In this document: positions 60,961 to 64,000 of the stretch, in pieces
How the letters are laid out: every line of letters begins with the position of its first letter
Position numbering within the stretch: the first letter of the stretch is position 1
From: a virus
Virus record (IMG/VR): IMGVR_UViG_3300013131_004463
Coordinates: 15,231 to 79,230 of that record
Length of the DNA stretch: 64,000 bases
Strand: one strand, 5' to 3'
Program-made: the position numbers and the translations under genes
Notes under the pieces: model-generated
What the model was told of the DNA's origin: nothing
The model's database searches: none
Seen by the model: the letters and a program-made list of their open reading frames with translations, nothing else

Positions 60961-61968
60961 TTAACTAAAATAAAGATAAGGATTATAAAAAAACATTCCG
61001 CCAGCATCAACCTCGTCATTATTATTCAAATAAACAAAACTTTCTGCTAAGTACATATGTAAAGATACATGCTCTGGTCTACCATTTGTTGCATCATAAT
61101 CTACTGTAGAAAAAGTTGGTATTGTAACAGATCCATTTATAATTCTCCAACTATCATAAGTATCATCTTGAACAGTTTGAGATAATTTTTTTACTTTTAC
61201 TTTAGTTGTATTTGGTCCTAACCATTGAGATGTTGCATTAGAATTAAAATCTGTATTAAACATTGTATATGGACTATCATCTCCTAATAAAGTTGGAACT
61301 TCACTTCCACATATTGCTATATAATTAACATAACTTCTAAAAGTTGATTTTTTAAAATTAATAAATATTCCACCAAAATTTTTAGCTCTTAATTGATCAT
61401 TTTTTGCTATTCTAACAGAACATCCAAAATTAACAGTTGTTGCTTCTGCTGGAATTGATATAGGCACCTTGATATGCGAACCGCGAGATGCCCAAGTTAT
61501 CCCTCCAATTGTTTCTGCTGAATATTTTACCCAACTTGTTAAATCTGTATCTCCGCCGCCACCAGCAGGAGAATATACACTTGAAATTGTTCTTAACAAT
61601 CCAAGGTCTGTATTTATTGCTGGAAATCTCTTTCCAACTGGTAAAATTTTCATAAATCTTTTTTGTAATGGAAAATCATATGGTAATAAATCATATGGTG
61701 GTTTTGCTAAATGAAAAGTTTTACGAAATAAAGTTAAATATGAAGTTGGGTCATATCTTAATGGCGAATTATGAAAGTATTTAGACATAATAATTGAACC
61801 ATCAGTAGTATTTCCGAAATAATTTTGATCAAATCCATCAAAAGGATAATAATTGTCTTGATCAAATTTAGCATTTTTTATTAAATTTGGACCATTATAA
61901 CTTATGGAATCTGCAAAGTTTTTAACACTAATGTTACCTAAACCTTTATTAGTAGAAATATTTGTCAT
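60961..61968 (-). CDS. Hypothetical protein, possible carbohydrate-binding fold
   Basis: NLIKNAKF start, beta-sandwich-like composition. Confidence 0.5.
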   Translation of the reverse strand: MTNISTNKGLGNISVKNFADSISYNGPNLIKNAKFDQDNYYPFDGFDQNYFGNTTDGSIIMSKYFHNSPLRYDPTSYLTLFRKTFHLAKPPYDLLPYDFPLQKRFMKILPVGKRFPAINTDLGLLRTISSVYSPAGGGGDTDLTSWVKYSAETIGGITWASRGSHIKVPISIPAEATTVNFGCSVRIAKNDQLRAKNFGGIFINFKKSTFRSYVNYIAICGSEVPTLLGDDSPYTMFNTDFNSNATSQWLGPNTTKVKVKKLSQTVQDDTYDSWRIINGSVTIPTFSTVDYDATNGRPEHVSLHMYLAESFVYLNNNDEVDAGGMFFYNPYLYFS

Positions 61969-63248
61969 TTTTTAAATATCCTTAGATTTTGTTTTGGTTT
62001 AATATAAACTGTTACATTATAATTAAGAAAATTAAACATTTCTGCCCCAAAAGTAAATGGAGTAGTAAAATCATTAAAAAAAATCTCAGTTAATTGAGTC
62101 ATCAGCGGTTGGTTAAATGCTCTAAAAGTAGATGCTCCTAACGAACTCATTGTTGCTTCAAAAGTTATAGATTTTAAATTTTGTCTAAACGTCGTTCCAG
62201 ATTGAAATGAAGCAGTTTCAACAGCAGTTATTCCTTTTCCAAGTATTAAATTTGATATATTTGCTCCATCAAATATTTTAGAAAAAGTACTGTGGCTACT
62301 TATCGTTAATCCATCTCCAATTCTTAAAGTATCTAAAGTAGTGAAAGTAAATGGTGCATCTGTATAAGGATACCCTCCGGGATCTATACTAATTGGATTT
62401 ATAGTAGTTACAGAATTTGGAATATATAAATTTTTTAAATAAACACAAGAATAAAAAACTCCAGGACCAATTGTTGTTAAATTTCCTGTAATAAAAGTAA
62501 GACTTGTAGCGTAACATTCAAAAAAACAATGAGATGGAAGATTTGTTACACCTGAACCAATTATAACATTAAATTGATTCGATGCAGATGGAACTACTCC
62601 TGTTTTTTCAAATGCTCTTAAACCAATTGTTGTTACAGTATTAGGAATAGTTAAAGTTCCTCTCAAAGACCTGCATCCATAAAAAGCTTGAGTTGCAATC
62701 GTTATTAATCCTTCATTTAATACAACTGTTTGCAACCCAGATATAGTAAAAGCATCAGTTCCAATCTGTGTATAATTTGAAGGTATAGTTATTGATGTTA
62801 ATGATGTGCAATTTACAAATGTTCCTTGAGGAATTGCATTTATAGTTCCATTAATTGGTAAAGTAGCACTAGCTAAATTAATACAATCTACGAATATACT
62901 ATCTGACATACTTATTACTGAGTTTGGAATAGCTACGCTAGTCAATCCAGATCCCCAAAATGCACTACTACCAATTGTTGTTAAACTACTTGTAGGAAAT
63001 GTAACTGAAGTTAAATTACTGCAATATTTAAAAGCAGAAGCTTCAATTGTTGTTACATTATTACCTATTATAAGAGTTATTAAACTTGTGCAATTTAAAA
63101 AAGCGTTATTATTAATTCTTGTTACTGGACGAGTTCCATTAGTTAAATCATTATATGTATCTGGTATAGTTATAGTAGCATCACCACAACCACCAGTTAC
63201 AAAATAAGAGTCTGTTGCTGCATTATATGAATAAGTAATGCTAGGCAT
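61965..63248 (-). CDS. BspA-type leucine-rich repeat (LRR_5) protein
   Basis: Repeats of about 23 aa, AFxxCxxLxxxxIPxxVTxIG. Confidence 0.9.
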   Translation of the reverse strand: MPSITYSYNAATDSYFVTGGCGDATITIPDTYNDLTNGTRPVTRINNNAFLNCTSLITLIIGNNVTTIEASAFKYCSNLTSVTFPTSSLTTIGSSAFWGSGLTSVAIPNSVISMSDSIFVDCINLASATLPINGTINAIPQGTFVNCTSLTSITIPSNYTQIGTDAFTISGLQTVVLNEGLITIATQAFYGCRSLRGTLTIPNTVTTIGLRAFEKTGVVPSASNQFNVIIGSGVTNLPSHCFFECYATSLTFITGNLTTIGPGVFYSCVYLKNLYIPNSVTTINPISIDPGGYPYTDAPFTFTTLDTLRIGDGLTISSHSTFSKIFDGANISNLILGKGITAVETASFQSGTTFRQNLKSITFEATMSSLGASTFRAFNQPLMTQLTEIFFNDFTTPFTFGAEMFNFLNYNVTVYIKPKQNLRIFKK

Positions 63249-63253
63249 ATAAT

Positions 63254-63670
63254 TTAATTATTTATTTTATCTATTGTTTTATCTAGTATATTATCTGCTG
63301 GTACTTTTTCTTTTAGCCAAGAGTTCATTACTCCAAAATAAACAAGATGCTCATTATCAATTAAAAAAAGATCATTTCCATATCGGTCTTTGTATGGTGT
63401 GATTCCAGCATTCTCAACTAGTTCAATAGCTTTTTCTTTTTTAAATTTTACTTTGTACATTTTTATTAAATTGTTATAGCGATCTTTTGCAGAAGATGTA
63501 ATAACAGCGCCATTTTCTAGTATAGCTATCACTCCTCCATTGTCTTGATTATATTGAGAGGGAGTAGAAGAATCATATGATGCAGTAAAATCTTGTATTT
63601 TGTTTGGCGTAATAGTAGCGCAACCAATAAATAAGAAATTAAGAACTAATATGCTTGCGAATTTTTTCAA
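63254..63670 (-). CDS. Lipoprotein, putative o-spanin
   Basis: MKKFASILVLNFLFIGC lipobox; overlaps the upstream gene. Confidence 0.6.
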   Translation of the reverse strand: MKKFASILVLNFLFIGCATITPNKIQDFTASYDSSTPSQYNQDNGGVIAILENGAVITSSAKDRYNNLIKMYKVKFKKEKAIELVENAGITPYKDRYGNDLFLIDNEHLVYFGVMNSWLKEKVPADNILDKTIDKINN

Positions 63671-63836
63671 GATCTTTTTCCTTAACTGCTTTTTCTATAT
63701 CACTTTGATGATCTACTTCTTTTTGAGCTTCTTGACGCTCTTTCATTTCTTTGACATTTTTAGCGCCAAAGACATTATTTATTGCGTCAAATACTCCAGC
63801 AACAGCTCTAATTAATGCAGCAATTAATCCAGTCAC
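63639..63836 (-). CDS. Putative i-spanin
   Basis: Hydrophobic N-terminus plus charged coiled-coil, overlapping a lipoprotein gene. Confidence 0.5.
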   Translation of the reverse strand: MTGLIAALIRAVAGVFDAINNVFGAKNVKEMKERQEAQKEVDHQSDIEKAVKEKDLEKIRKHISS

Positions 63837-63837
63837 A

Positions 63838-63999
63838 TTATTCTACGTATTGTTCTGTTGCATCTTTGCATCCAGCTGCAATTGCATTAAGAACTTTTAC
63901 TCCCAATTCAGCATTACCATTTAACTTAGCAAATTGGGCAGCATAAATATCTTTAACAACAACAACATACTTTGCCCAATGAGTTTTACTTACAGGAAG
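63838..63999 (-). CDS. C-terminal part of a protein cut by the window edge
   Basis: Open frame ...LPVSKTHWAKYVVVVKDIYAAQFAKLNGNAELGVKVLNAIAAGCKDATEQYVE*. Confidence 0.6.
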   Translation of the reverse strand, partial: LPVSKTHWAKYVVVVKDIYAAQFAKLNGNAELGVKVLNAIAAGCKDATEQYVE

Positions 64000-64000
64000 A

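Noticed and set aside
953-63815. Short antisense or nested ORFs in the ORF track (e.g. 41273..41635, 55703..55945, 48538..48813)
   Set aside because: They are shadows of well-supported genes, with no motifs or expression signals.
1-64000. Stop-codon reassignment or tRNA genes
   Set aside because: Conserved genes are intact and densely packed under the standard code, and no cloverleaf-like sequence was seen in the short intergenic gaps.

Overview
This window is about 64 kb of a very AT-rich, large tailed dsDNA bacteriophage with a lambda-like siphovirus tail, read in the standard genetic code. The left arm (1-22949, + strand) has three parts. First is a nucleotide-sugar biosynthesis cluster (RmlB, Gmd, an NRS/ER-type epimerase-reductase, a C-methyltransferase, RfbH/DdhC, an epimerase and a GT-A transferase). 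Second is a bacterial-type replication and recombination module (RecA, DnaB, ThyX, primase, a PD-(D/E)XK nuclease and a DnaE split into PHP, exonuclease and core genes). Third is a pair of large glycosyltransferase genes. The right arm is the virion module: an inverted gpM-L-K-I-J tail-tip operon converging on a 2481-aa tape measure protein, then tail tube, neck genes, three more glycosyltransferases embedded among structural genes, fibres, major capsid, decoration protein, protease/scaffold, HNH, endolysin, a BspA-type LRR protein and spanin-like lipoproteins. No terminase, portal, tRNA or CRISPR array was seen. Four patterns stand out. (1) The tape measure protein is segmented by four GFIPN(F/Y) repeats that bracket a PD-(D/E)XK-like cargo domain. 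(2) Virion-exposed proteins are strongly enriched in Ser/Thr-Gly dipeptides and are encoded alongside a large glycosylation toolkit, a candidate virion O-glycosylation system. (3) A GTGTAA(T) motif precedes most late genes, while leaderless sigma70-type promoters precede early genes. (4) An HNH gene appears to split a basic/acidic protein gene. All functional calls come from reading motifs by eye; no database searches were run.
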